This document shows, one piece after another, positions 38,584-48,691 of a DNA stretch of 64,000 nt. Source of the stretch: Candidatus Latescibacterota bacterium. GTDB lineage: Bacteria > Latescibacterota > UBA2968 > GCA-2709665. The stretch spans positions 2,944,001 to 3,008,000 of the forward strand of contig OZ242180.1 in the NCBI GenBank assembly GCA_965205485.1, written 5' to 3'. Numbering within the stretch: the stretch's first letter is position 1; each line of letters opens with the position of its first letter. A program made the translations under genes and the position numbers. Under the pieces are notes generated by a model, which made no database searches, had not been told where the DNA came from, and saw nothing but the letters and a program-made list of their open reading frames with translations.

Positions 38584-40632
38584 CTAGAAGACGACCTGCG
38601 AAACGGCCTTTGAAATCAGCACAACGGAAACCGAAGTCATCCCGATGAGCCCCATCCCGCAGTAATATCCGGCCAGCAGAATGGGCGCGTACGCCCGCCA
38701 TTTGGATTCCCCGAAACGCCTGGAGAAGTAGTAGCGTCCCAGCAGCGCGCCGGCGAACTGCAGAATCACGAAATGCGGCCACGTGGCGAGCGAGCCTACA
38801 AAGCCGAAGAAGAACAGCGTGGGTGCCTTCAACGCGGCCAGAATAAGATACATGAGACCGCCGACGGCAAATCCGGCGCCGATGATATGCGGCTTGATGA
38901 TATCTCTGAGAAGCTCGACACCGACGGTTCCATGGCCTTCGAGGTCCGGCATCGTCGACTTGAGCCACATTGTGGTCATTGTGGCGTCGTACGGCCAGAA
39001 GGTCTGCACATAGTAGTAACTGGATGACGGAATGGGGCCGAGCCGCCAGATGAATTCCCAGAAGATGAAGCTGAAGATGAAGATGACGACCATGGTCACG
39101 GCGGTCAATTTCACATAACTGACGAACTTCGTTTTTGTGAGTTCCATCTGTTTGTACGTAGGTACGGCCAGGCCGTGATCGTGCAGTGGCAGGGGTGCGA
39201 ACCAGACCGCCACGCCCTTGTATCCGGAGAGGAGGATTCCCGCTTCACGCAAATAGGGAATACTCGCCCCGTACGGACTTCCGGTCAGACCGATCATTCG
39301 GGCGCCGATATAGGAGGAAATCGGGGTGTAGATGAGTCCGAAGAACACGACCCAGCCCCAGTGGAATTCCGGAACCAGCATCTGGCACATAATGATAAAG
39401 CCCAACGTGGCGGCGCCCCAGAACAGAATTGGGTAGATCATCTTCATATCCGAGCGGCCCTCCGGCAGGTCCTCGAGGTCGATACCGGACGTATGATGCC
39501 CTGTCTGCTGTTTCTGGCGGCGTTGCTCCATAAGCACCCGGAACACCTGGTAGAATCCGGTGAACGCGATGACGAACGACGTGCCGATCCCGAAACTTAG
39601 CCAGAAGTCGAACTGGTTGGAGATCGACGTCGGGATCGCCGTCATGCCCGCGGACCAGCGGTCCAGGATTTCCCATCTGTAAAGGAACGGGTTTACAACC
39701 AGGTTCCCCAGAACGGCGCCGGCGAAAGACCCGATAACCACCCAGAACGGCAACACGAAACCGACAATCAGGTGACCCAGGTCGGTCGCAATTCCAAACA
39801 GCGCCGCGGGCAGGATGGTCTTGATCTGTTCCGTGAAATCGATCCAGGGAATGGGAAGGATCTGGACCGTATCGGTCAGGAATATGCTTGAAAGCGTGGG
39901 TACGACAACGTACAGGAGGCCCCAGACCAGTCCGATGCACGCTCCGGTACTGAATACCCGCCATCTCCAGCCCTCCTGCTTGGCCGACGTCTCGGCGAGT
40001 GCGGTGGCCCCGCGTGCCTGCACGGGCGCCAGCGGAAACGGCAACCGTTCGATGTCGCTGGTAATCCGAAACATCACGTACCCAAGCGACAGTCTCGCGG
40101 TGTTGCTCAACAGCGTCAGTGCAACGAGGATGCCGATCGGCTTCAGCCACGCGGCGTGCAGAAACGTACGTTCGGCGTAAATCTCGGGATGTTCGCTGAT
40201 CCTGGGTACCACCCAGTCAGGGATGAAATCCGCGAGACCTCTCGCCGCCGGAGACTGGATCAGGTATTGATCCCAGATCAATCCGCCGAACGGCCCTCCG
40301 TACACCAGCGCCGCGCTGCCCAGCCGTACGCCCACGCCCAGCAACCCGCCGGCAACCCAGTAAATGACCAGGACCTCCTGGGTCTTCAGCCGCACGAAGG
40401 ACCTCTTGGCGATCTCCAGGAAGAGGATGATCGTCACCCATTCGGACGCGCCCGCCATGTTCTGTCCGGTCACCAGGCCGAGATAGATGGCGCCGGGAAG
40501 CATCACCAGACCCACAAAGAGCGTCGCCCACATGGTCTTCATATTGAAGCCATCTTCGAACGGCGCGTCGACCGGCATGATGTTTTCGTACTGTTCCTGC
40601 TCTTCTCTAGGGTCCTTGGGTTCGATTGCCAA
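38584..40632 (-). CDS. OPT-superfamily-like multi-pass membrane transporter
   Basis: 682 aa with many TM segments; IERLPFPLAP motif; TTG start after GAGGAGG. Confidence 0.7.
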   Translation of the reverse strand: MAIEPKDPREEQEQYENIMPVDAPFEDGFNMKTMWATLFVGLVMLPGAIYLGLVTGQNMAGASEWVTIILFLEIAKRSFVRLKTQEVLVIYWVAGGLLGVGVRLGSAALVYGGPFGGLIWDQYLIQSPAARGLADFIPDWVVPRISEHPEIYAERTFLHAAWLKPIGILVALTLLSNTARLSLGYVMFRITSDIERLPFPLAPVQARGATALAETSAKQEGWRWRVFSTGACIGLVWGLLYVVVPTLSSIFLTDTVQILPIPWIDFTEQIKTILPAALFGIATDLGHLIVGFVLPFWVVIGSFAGAVLGNLVVNPFLYRWEILDRWSAGMTAIPTSISNQFDFWLSFGIGTSFVIAFTGFYQVFRVLMEQRRQKQQTGHHTSGIDLEDLPEGRSDMKMIYPILFWGAATLGFIIMCQMLVPEFHWGWVVFFGLIYTPISSYIGARMIGLTGSPYGASIPYLREAGILLSGYKGVAVWFAPLPLHDHGLAVPTYKQMELTKTKFVSYVKLTAVTMVVIFIFSFIFWEFIWRLGPIPSSSYYYVQTFWPYDATMTTMWLKSTMPDLEGHGTVGVELLRDIIKPHIIGAGFAVGGLMYLILAALKAPTLFFFGFVGSLATWPHFVILQFAGALLGRYYFSRRFGESKWRAYAPILLAGYYCGMGLIGMTSVSVVLISKAVSQVVF

Positions 40633-40659
40633 AACCGCCCCTCCTCGTTGGGAGCAGTG

Positions 40660-40760
40660 AGAGTACTGTCTCGGAAGTGGATTGCCTGAATTCGTCCGTC
40701 TTGTCTTCGGTCACGACGGTTCGGCCTGGCCTGCACGGCGACTCGATCAACGAACTGCTA
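40660..40760. mobile_element. Chimeric MITE remnant: family C left end fused to family B right half
   Basis: GTACTGTCTCGGAAGTGGATTGCC (C-like) then CTTGTCTTCGG...GACTCGATCAACGAACTGCTA (B-like); final CTA is the TAG stop of the permease gene. Confidence 0.7.
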
Positions 40761-43700
40761 TACTGCCGCCTCTTCCACCTTGTCTGAAAGTATGCGGGCG
40801 CCCTCGTCCGCATATTGGTGCTTCAACTCGGGTGGAATGGTTCGCCAGACCAGGAATCGCTTCCGGAGGACGTTCAGGAAACCCCGGTTTATCCGTTTCC
40901 ACGAGGCCACGTCACCGCTCAGCCGGTTGATGACGACCTCGATCTTGTAGATGTTGTGTTCCCGGGTGGGAATGGCAAGCAGGGCCACCTCCTGGCTGAT
41001 GCCCAGGTCGTATGGCGCAAGCCAGCACGTGAGGTTGATTTCGTACTGAGGTTCACCCTGCATGTCCTGCGACGTGAAACGTACGTAATCGGCCACAAAG
41101 TCGCCTACGGAACCTTCGCCGTATGATTCGAAAACGCGTGTGAGATAGGTGTACATTCCCAGTACTTCCGCGCCGCCAACCGTAAACGGAAAGTCGAACA
41201 CCCATCTGTCGCCCTCGGGTTCCGGAAACTCCCACTTCCGCGTCACGTCCGGCACGGCCATATCGGCGGCCTTCTTTGCAGGGTACAGTGTAGAGAGGAA
41301 TACCGTTGCCATTACAATCAATGTGGACGAAATGGCGGATAACGAAGAATAGTTCAATTCAAGGCTCAGCAGTTGTCCCTGCGCCTGCGCCTGGGTGAAC
41401 AGCACAAGGACCAGTACCTGCCCGATCAGATATCCGAACACGGCGCCGACCGTGGCGAATACCGTCGCCTCGGCCAGAAACAGCGCCGCAATGTGATTGG
41501 GCGCCAGCCCCACCGCCGAATAAATCCCGATTTCGTTGAACCGTTCGTACACCGCGCCCATCATCGTATTCAGCACGATCAGTGCGGCAATCAGAATTGG
41601 AATGAAGAGTGTGCCCAATCCCGATAATGAGGTTGAACCGATGGAACTGTATACCGTGACCTTGTTTTCGTGGCCCACGAACATCGTCAGGGATACCCGG
41701 GTCATGAATTCTTCGACATCCGGCAGGAAGTTCCCCTTGGAATTGCCCTGGGAGTCCACGAAGTTCGCCAATGCGACGGAGTTCAGAGTGCCTCCGATAT
41801 TGCGGACGTAGTCATAGGGCAATATCATCACGTTGGTCGATTCCAGGTGCGTAAACGTCTCGATCGGCGCCGCCGCGACAACCCGCGGGTCCTGGTCCTG
41901 GGCGTCTGCCAGGTCGTCCTTCTCCTTTACGGTATCAACCGGCGTGAGCTTTTCGTCGTCCATATCCTTGTATTTGTTGAACCCCTCGGAGTCCATGATA
42001 CCAATGACGGTGAAGACGCCACCCAGCATTTCGATCTTCGCGCTACCGGCGTCTTCGGGAAAAATACCCACCAGTTCCGCGAGATCGTTCGGGAGAATGC
42101 ACACATTCGTCTCACCGGGTTCGAACCATCGTCCGCTCATCAGGTACCGGTCCACGCCGGTAATCCGGGGTTCCTCCGCCGTGAGTCCGAGCAAGCCGTT
42201 TACAAAGCTGTCTTTTCCAGTGGTGATACCAACGTCAAAATCGACGTAGGTGTCCCTTGAGCCCAGGTAGGAAGTCTGGTCCGTGGTCCGCGAAAAATTG
42301 ACGTATGCCCGTTCCCCGCGAACCTGCGAAAGATACCATGCGCGCGGAACAATGGTCGCACGGCCCTTGAATGCGCTGGTCAGGTATTGAAGCACGGATT
42401 CCTGCAATCCCCGCCAGGATCGATCCCGTACCAGGCCCCCCGGGTACGGCGGCTGGTTGTCCCTCGGCAATCGATAGAACTTGATGGACGTCTGCACCGA
42501 TGTAAACGAAAGGGCCGTGAACGTAAGCAGCGTCAGGGTGATCGCGGTCAGTCCGGTGCGGAGCGGTCGTTTTCGCAGATTGGAAATGCCCAGGATTATC
42601 GAAGCGGCAGTCGCGCTCAATCGTCCCACGTCCGCCTCGTACGTGCCCGCGGAGGCCTGTTTCATCTTCCTGACTTCCTCGCCGAACTTGGAGACGACAA
42701 TGAACATCGCAATACCGCCGAGGGACATGATCACAAATGCCAGGAAGATGATGTAGGGCGTGCTGCTCAGCTTGAAGGCCGGATGCACGTATCGAAGGAT
42801 AATGAAAAACAGCACGAAGATTCCCGCAAAGCCCACCAGGCGTCGGGTGATATCCGGGAATCCGAAGAGCAGCCGTTCGCAGAAGAAGGAGAACGGAAGC
42901 AGCAGGATGAAATAGAAGATTATCCCGCGTACCGTGTCGTTTGCCGTGGACATGACCTCGGGGTAACCGCGCGCTTCCAGCCCCCACGCCTCTCTGGACG
43001 CGGCGATAAACCCTTCGTAGTCGTGGCCGGCCAGATTCTCCCTGGCACGCTTCAACGCGTCCGCCGCGTGCGTGTGCAGCTTCTCCAGCCGCGCGTTGGT
43101 GATTCCGTACTGGGCGAGCTGCTTCATCCGGATATCGTCGACCACCCACATATCCTTGGCGGCCTTGTAGGACGGGTAAAGAATGACGCCGGGCGGATAA
43201 CCCTCGCCCCGGGACCGCTCCAGCAATTCGTCGTCCACCTCCCACTTGTCCACGGGTTGTTCCAGCAACTCCTCCGGTGCGTTGGTCAGCAGGTATTTTA
43301 CGCCGAAAAGGCCCGTACTCATCAGAATCTTGATGGGATCGGGACTTCCGGTCGTGGGGTTGATGGCGGTAAACGCGACCGCTGCACGTGTGACGTCGCC
43401 TTCTTTGATACTCTGATTTTCGATGTAATAATAGCCGTATTCCATCGGCTGTGAATCGCCCGCATTCAACACGGTCATGAAATCCAGGGCGGAGAGGTAG
43501 CTGGAATCGATGATTTCAAACACGCTGAGAGACCGGCACTTGAAAAGGACCGCCAGCATCTCGTTCTCCCACCATCCGTAGCCCTGCCTTGTCGGGAACT
43601 TCTCCTCGCCCTCCGTGCCCAGGTCCGGCGCCGAGATGATTCGGCCATCGTCGTCGATTTCGAATGCCAGTATCTGATTGGTAAACCGGTTGCGCATGAT

Positions 43701-45554
43701 TTCGAACCGGAACCGGCCGGTGGCGTCCACTTCCTCTTTCGTGCCGAACATGGGCCCCGTGGAGCGGTCGCTGACGTACCTCGGGCCCTCCGTGGTCTTG
43801 TCCACAATGAGCGTGCGGACGCCGCCGCAACTCGCAACCGGTCCGGGCTGTTGATACGTGACGATGGCCCCCGGTACGGGCACGCGTGGAATAGCGAAAT
43901 CGGCATCCCGTTCGAACCACAGGATTCGCCCCTTCATGCTGTGCCCGAGATCCTGCAGTTTGAGCTTGGACACCCGGAAGAACTCGGGATCTTCCAGCGC
44001 TTTCAGCAGCATGCCCGTCGCCGTGCGTGTCTGGCGGGCAAGATTGGCGAAGTTGACGTGTTCCAGCAGGTCTGCGGGCGTATCCACCTTCTCGCGCGTT
44101 GTGGACGGGCTCGCAAGCGTAATTCCTTCCTTGCCGACGAATTTGACCGCTTCGCTGTCGAATCCCAGCCTGATGGGCATGTAGTTCTTCCAGGTTCTCT
44201 TCGGCGGCGCAACGGCGTCGACGTGGCGTTCCTCGCCGGGATAGACTTTGGCCAGGTATTTGTTGAATTTCTTCGCATAGGGTGCAAGCAGGTTGTTTTC
44301 GTAGTTGTTCGTGGACCAGTTCGGGTTGATGAACGTCCCGTGTGAGAAACTCGCGATCCGGTCCGTTTCGCTCGACAGGTCGAACCCGACGTACAGACGG
44401 AAATCGATCTTCTGTTCGTCCGGTATCTTCTCCCGGAAGTGGTCGCTTTCCCTGGAATGCCTGAAAAGAAAGTCGTTGATGCCGGCCAACCCCTGGAAAT
44501 GGGCGCCCGTTACCAGGAATTTGACCGTGTACCTCGGCAGTTGCGCAAGCCGGGAGGACGCGTCCAGCCAGGATCGGTCCTTCAACGCCGCCGCGACTTC
44601 GAGAAGGGCGGCCAGTCCTGTGGCATTCTCCGCACCGGGGGCCAGTGCCGGCACGACGGAAATGGCGTCGTAGAATGAACTCAGGACAACCATCTCGTCC
44701 TTCCACTTCCGTTCCTCACGCTCGGTGACGTAATCTTCGGAGCCGGGCAGGGTGGCGTAGATGTTCCAGGTGGGGACCTTTTCCCAGTCCATTCTTGCCG
44801 TGACGTTCACGAGCGCGGCGCCGGACTCCGCCAGTTCCGCAAGCCGTACCGCGTCGTCTCTTTCCACCCAGAACCTCGGTACGTCAACCGGTACCTGGAG
44901 GATCTTCTCCAGTGCCTGTCCTCTGCTGACGCCGCCGTTGTCGTAGAAAATGATGGCCTGCGCACCCAGCATGCGTGGATTGAGATAGTTCTGACCGCAG
45001 TCGAATTGCATCAACGCGATGCTGTTCTTCATCGGCTTCGAATTCAACGCCTTGAAGGAGCCGTCTCCCGCGTCGACCAGCGCGCCCGTAACGCCCTGTT
45101 CCGGAAGAGAAGACGTCTGCACATGATTGGGCCAGAGTCCGTAAAGCCGGATCTTCGCGCCAGTGTCAAGGACTTCCAGTTTCGCGCCCTTGTCGATCGG
45201 CACCGTGACGTGGTGTTCCTCGATCGTAATGTCTTCCAGGCCCAGAACCTCGAAACGGTTTTTGACGTATTCGAAGGCCTTCCTGTGCCCCGGATACCCC
45301 GGCACGCGGGACCCCATCCCCGAGAGAGCGGATACGGTTTCCCGAAGACGACCCTCCGGGATCTGATCGGCGAAATCCTGGATGCGCCGGTCTCTCAGGG
45401 AGGGCCTTTCCTCACGCAACTGGGGAACGCTCGGCCTGATATTGAATACACGTACGAAAAAGTCGGTTACCTGTCCCGGATTGAACACGGTAACCGACGA
45501 AAGCATGAAGATCGCGATCAGCCAAAGGATCACGCCGCCGAGTTTGCGCAGCAT
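40758..45554 (-). CDS. Giant membrane protein: PA/M28 peptidase-like ectodomain fused to MacB/FtsX-type permease
   Basis: SRVPGYPG and YD....APGAE M28-like motifs; NLRKRPLRT.LT, ER..EIGIY..VG.AP and LYPA.KAA FtsX motifs; RBS AGGAG before MLRKL. Confidence 0.8.
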   Translation of the reverse strand: MLRKLGGVILWLIAIFMLSSVTVFNPGQVTDFFVRVFNIRPSVPQLREERPSLRDRRIQDFADQIPEGRLRETVSALSGMGSRVPGYPGHRKAFEYVKNRFEVLGLEDITIEEHHVTVPIDKGAKLEVLDTGAKIRLYGLWPNHVQTSSLPEQGVTGALVDAGDGSFKALNSKPMKNSIALMQFDCGQNYLNPRMLGAQAIIFYDNGGVSRGQALEKILQVPVDVPRFWVERDDAVRLAELAESGAALVNVTARMDWEKVPTWNIYATLPGSEDYVTEREERKWKDEMVVLSSFYDAISVVPALAPGAENATGLAALLEVAAALKDRSWLDASSRLAQLPRYTVKFLVTGAHFQGLAGINDFLFRHSRESDHFREKIPDEQKIDFRLYVGFDLSSETDRIASFSHGTFINPNWSTNNYENNLLAPYAKKFNKYLAKVYPGEERHVDAVAPPKRTWKNYMPIRLGFDSEAVKFVGKEGITLASPSTTREKVDTPADLLEHVNFANLARQTRTATGMLLKALEDPEFFRVSKLKLQDLGHSMKGRILWFERDADFAIPRVPVPGAIVTYQQPGPVASCGGVRTLIVDKTTEGPRYVSDRSTGPMFGTKEEVDATGRFRFEIMRNRFTNQILAFEIDDDGRIISAPDLGTEGEEKFPTRQGYGWWENEMLAVLFKCRSLSVFEIIDSSYLSALDFMTVLNAGDSQPMEYGYYYIENQSIKEGDVTRAAVAFTAINPTTGSPDPIKILMSTGLFGVKYLLTNAPEELLEQPVDKWEVDDELLERSRGEGYPPGVILYPSYKAAKDMWVVDDIRMKQLAQYGITNARLEKLHTHAADALKRARENLAGHDYEGFIAASREAWGLEARGYPEVMSTANDTVRGIIFYFILLLPFSFFCERLLFGFPDITRRLVGFAGIFVLFFIILRYVHPAFKLSSTPYIIFLAFVIMSLGGIAMFIVVSKFGEEVRKMKQASAGTYEADVGRLSATAASIILGISNLRKRPLRTGLTAITLTLLTFTALSFTSVQTSIKFYRLPRDNQPPYPGGLVRDRSWRGLQESVLQYLTSAFKGRATIVPRAWYLSQVRGERAYVNFSRTTDQTSYLGSRDTYVDFDVGITTGKDSFVNGLLGLTAEEPRITGVDRYLMSGRWFEPGETNVCILPNDLAELVGIFPEDAGSAKIEMLGGVFTVIGIMDSEGFNKYKDMDDEKLTPVDTVKEKDDLADAQDQDPRVVAAAPIETFTHLESTNVMILPYDYVRNIGGTLNSVALANFVDSQGNSKGNFLPDVEEFMTRVSLTMFVGHENKVTVYSSIGSTSLSGLGTLFIPILIAALIVLNTMMGAVYERFNEIGIYSAVGLAPNHIAALFLAEATVFATVGAVFGYLIGQVLVLVLFTQAQAQGQLLSLELNYSSLSAISSTLIVMATVFLSTLYPAKKAADMAVPDVTRKWEFPEPEGDRWVFDFPFTVGGAEVLGMYTYLTRVFESYGEGSVGDFVADYVRFTSQDMQGEPQYEINLTCWLAPYDLGISQEVALLAIPTREHNIYKIEVVINRLSGDVASWKRINRGFLNVLRKRFLVWRTIPPELKHQYADEGARILSDKVEEAAV

Positions 45555-45747
45555 CTTCAACTCCTGAATCTTGTGAAACACCAGGGCACCCGGCCCTGTC
45601 GGCGAGTCACGGTAAAGTGCCCGACAGCGGCCCTGCCGGAGATTGGACCGGCATGGACCACAATTCGGACGGTCGCCGAATCCATCCGCCGTTGACCGAA
45701 GGATTCGTTCGAAAACCCGGCCGTTCAGGGCAATTCACAAAATGTTG

Positions 45748-45776
45748 GATATAACAAATAAGAAATCCGTTGTCAA
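45748..45776 (-). promoter_or_regulatory. Sigma70-type promoter for permease operon
   Basis: TTGACA-17 nt-TATATC with TG extension. Confidence 0.6.
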
Positions 45777-45963
45777 GGCATTTTCCATTGCTCTAATCAT
45801 CTGATTTTTCTGGCCTTCGCGGCTTTCGAAAACGGTGTCCGAGGAGAAGAAAAGAGAAAAACCCCTTGCGCCCGAACACGCATTTTTTATATTGGTGACC
45901 CTCTGTTACGGCAAGTTGAACGGGTTCATCGTACTTATCCTCTCCCGAAAGGAGATGTGCCTT

Positions 45964-46818
45964 ATGACCCGGTGCGCTCCCCGTCTCCTGCGCCCGATCG
46001 CAATTGCGGTTGCCGCACTCTGTCTTTCTTCCTGCGGCGGTCCGGAAAAGAAAATCGAGGAAAAGCTCGCGGCGAATGTACTCTTCTTCGCCAACTTTGA
46101 CGACAGATCCCGTTTTGAGGCATTTACGAAAAAGAAGGGCACGGTCGCTGCAATGGAAACGAGCAGCCCGCCCCGCCATGAGTTCACCGGCGGCAAAGAG
46201 GACGGTTTCGTTTCATTCGCGAACGGCGCGACGTATCTCAGCTATCAGGCCAGGGGCAACTTTCCTTACGGTGCCGGCAGCTCGTGGTCCGGCGGGGTTT
46301 CCTTCTGGTTGAGCGTAGATCCCAACAGCGATTTCAAAGAGAAGTTCCCCGAGCCGTTTTCGGTGGGAAAGAAGTGGGACGACGCCGTCATATTCGTCGA
46401 CTTCGACAAGAACCGGAAGGATCGGCCTCCCAGTGCACTCCGTTTCGGCTGCTACCCTGACAAGACGCAAGCTGTCGGGGAAGAACTGGTAAAGAAGTGG
46501 ACGATCAGGTACGACAGGCTCAACTGGAAGTCCGACCAATGGCACCACATTGTGGTCACCTGGTCCAATATCAACAGCGGAAACGCCGACGCCGAGTACG
46601 CCCTTTTCGTCGACGGCGAGGAAATCGGACGTAAGAAGAATATTCGGCGCGACATTACCTGGAACATGGATGAACTGGCCATCCGGTTCAACAATTACGC
46701 CTATTCCGGCAAGATCGACGAAATCGCAATCTTCAATACCATGCTCGACCCCGCCGACGTCATCTACCTCTATAAGCCCAAGCGACCGTTGAAGGTCCTT
46801 CTGAAGAAAGACAGATAA
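45964..46818 (+). CDS. Lipoprotein with LamG/concanavalin-like domain
   Basis: Lipobox LSSC; WHHIVVTW, LFVDG, G.IDEIAIFN..L. Confidence 0.8.
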   Translation: MTRCAPRLLRPIAIAVAALCLSSCGGPEKKIEEKLAANVLFFANFDDRSRFEAFTKKKGTVAAMETSSPPRHEFTGGKEDGFVSFANGATYLSYQARGNFPYGAGSSWSGGVSFWLSVDPNSDFKEKFPEPFSVGKKWDDAVIFVDFDKNRKDRPPSALRFGCYPDKTQAVGEELVKKWTIRYDRLNWKSDQWHHIVVTWSNINSGNADAEYALFVDGEEIGRKKNIRRDITWNMDELAIRFNNYAYSGKIDEIAIFNTMLDPADVIYLYKPKRPLKVLLKKDR

Positions 46819-46838
46819 GCGGCGGTCCGATTCCCCCA

Positions 46839-48044
46839 ATGCCGGAACGCGGACCCTGTTCTGCGTCTGACTCTCGTCTCCCCGGGGCGCCTGTGTTAAC
46901 CCGTCTGATCTTCCTCATTCTACCCGGCATCGGATGGTTCGGAAGCCCGGTTGAGGGCGCTGAAGTCGGAGGGAATGAAGCTGAACTGGCCCATTTCCGA
47001 CGCCTGATCAACGTCCGGCCCGAGGACATCCAGGCGAATATGCACTACCAGGACCTGATGATCAGGGCGGACCGTCGCCGGGAATTGCTTACCGAATACC
47101 TCAGGCGCCTGCAGGCCAGACCCGGTTCGGCCGCAAGGCTCTACCTGTACGGACGTCTGTTGACCCGGCCCGACGAGCGGCTTGAATATCTGAAACGGTC
47201 GATTCGGGCCGATTCCCGAATCTTCCATGCGCGGGTCGATCTGGGCAGAACATACTATCACAAAGGGAATTACGACTCGGCTCTGGCGCAATACAGAGCC
47301 GCACTGGAACTTAAACCCGGGTCGGCTTTCGTGCGAAACCTGATGGGTCTGGCCTATTACCATAAAGGATACGCCGATCAGGCAGTTGCGGAGTACAAAC
47401 GCGCCGTCAAGCTGAATGACAAGTTTACGGACGCGTACCTCAATCTGGGCCTTACCTATATTTACACGGGAAAGCCGGACGAAGCCGTTGAAATCTACGA
47501 ACAGGCGCTTCGGTTTCAGTCCGACGCCACGGAGCGCCGCTATATCTACCGAAATCTGGGAATGGCCTACGCCCAGGAAGGGAAACTCGGGAAAGCGAGG
47601 GACGCTTACCTGAAGGCATTGGAGATCGACCCGAATTACGGAGAGGCGTACGTCAGTCTGGGCAATCTCGCGTTTAACCGGGGGGATTACAAAACCGCCG
47701 TCGACACCTATGGGAAAGCGGCTGACGCCGGAGCCGACGATGCCTCCGTCTTTCTGAAACTGGGGGTGTCATATTTCAACATTCGCAACTACGACAGCGC
47801 CATCACCCATCTTCAAAACGCGGTGAGGTCCGATTCACTCCAGATAGACGCCTATTATTACCTGGGCCTGGCATGCTTTCGGGACGGCCGACACGATGAC
47901 GCCCGGGAAGCGCTCGAGGCCTATGTACGCAAGGAAAAACGCATCTCGAAGAATTCCGTCGTATTCGACGCCAAGCAGCTTCTGGATGACCTGAATCGTC
48001 TGCGGATAAGATCATCCATTCCGGGTGCCCAGAAGAAGAAATAG
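46839..48044 (+). CDS. Tetratricopeptide repeat protein, probably exported
   Basis: Repeated LG.AY...G....A...Y..AL...P helices; true start may be GTG 46893. Confidence 0.88.
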   Translation: MPERGPCSASDSRLPGAPVLTRLIFLILPGIGWFGSPVEGAEVGGNEAELAHFRRLINVRPEDIQANMHYQDLMIRADRRRELLTEYLRRLQARPGSAARLYLYGRLLTRPDERLEYLKRSIRADSRIFHARVDLGRTYYHKGNYDSALAQYRAALELKPGSAFVRNLMGLAYYHKGYADQAVAEYKRAVKLNDKFTDAYLNLGLTYIYTGKPDEAVEIYEQALRFQSDATERRYIYRNLGMAYAQEGKLGKARDAYLKALEIDPNYGEAYVSLGNLAFNRGDYKTAVDTYGKAADAGADDASVFLKLGVSYFNIRNYDSAITHLQNAVRSDSLQIDAYYYLGLACFRDGRHDDAREALEAYVRKEKRISKNSVVFDAKQLLDDLNRLRIRSSIPGAQKKK

Positions 48045-48248
48045 GAATCCATTGGCGAACAGACCGCTGACCAGACCGATTCTGAATGTGTCGCCAGGGG
48101 TCTCAAGCTCTCCGAAACACGCGACAATGAGCATCGACAGAACCAGAGGCGTCACCGGCGTCCAACGTTTGGGTACTCCAATCCATCGGAGAAGCAACGC
48201 TCCCAGAACGGAAAGCGCTGCCACGCCCAGCTGGTTTTCGAAACCCAT
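48012..48248 (-). CDS. Small membrane protein, holin-like
   Basis: Strong RBS AGGAGG; three hydrophobic stretches; KRWTP..PL and GLVSGL.A.G. Confidence 0.55.
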   Translation of the reverse strand: MGFENQLGVAALSVLGALLLRWIGVPKRWTPVTPLVLSMLIVACFGELETPGDTFRIGLVSGLFANGFLFLLLGTRNG

Positions 48249-48563
48249 GGATTCCTCCTGTTGACTCTGGCAGTATCCTCAGTCGAGCGGACGTACGGGC
48301 GAATCCCGGAACTTCGCTAATATAACGTCAGCGCGGCGGGCACACAACCCCAAAGGAAAACGTGCTTGACCTGATCGGGCGGGCCGTGATCCGTCTCCGG
48401 CCACCGCGTACCATCCCCCGAAACACGTCTCTCGTTGCCTGTGATTCTGGCAGTGTTCGCGTCGACTCCACCACAACGGACCCGTCGGAGAGTTCTCCGG
48501 AATATGCCCGTGCGAGTTGAGTCCACCCAACCCGCGCAATGGCGAAATTTCTGGAGAAATCGC

Positions 48564-48592
48564 TTGACATTGTATAGTGTAAGGTGTATCTT
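48564..48592 (+). promoter_or_regulatory. Sigma70-type promoter
   Basis: TTGACA-17 nt-TATCTT. Confidence 0.7.
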
Positions 48593-48691
48593 CTTCCTGT
48601 ATCAGTGCATTCAAGCTGAGCTGTTTCGGAAATGGTTATTTCTGTTTGACTTGTCGGCAACTTTCGAGGTCTTATCAACCAAGGAGGGGAG

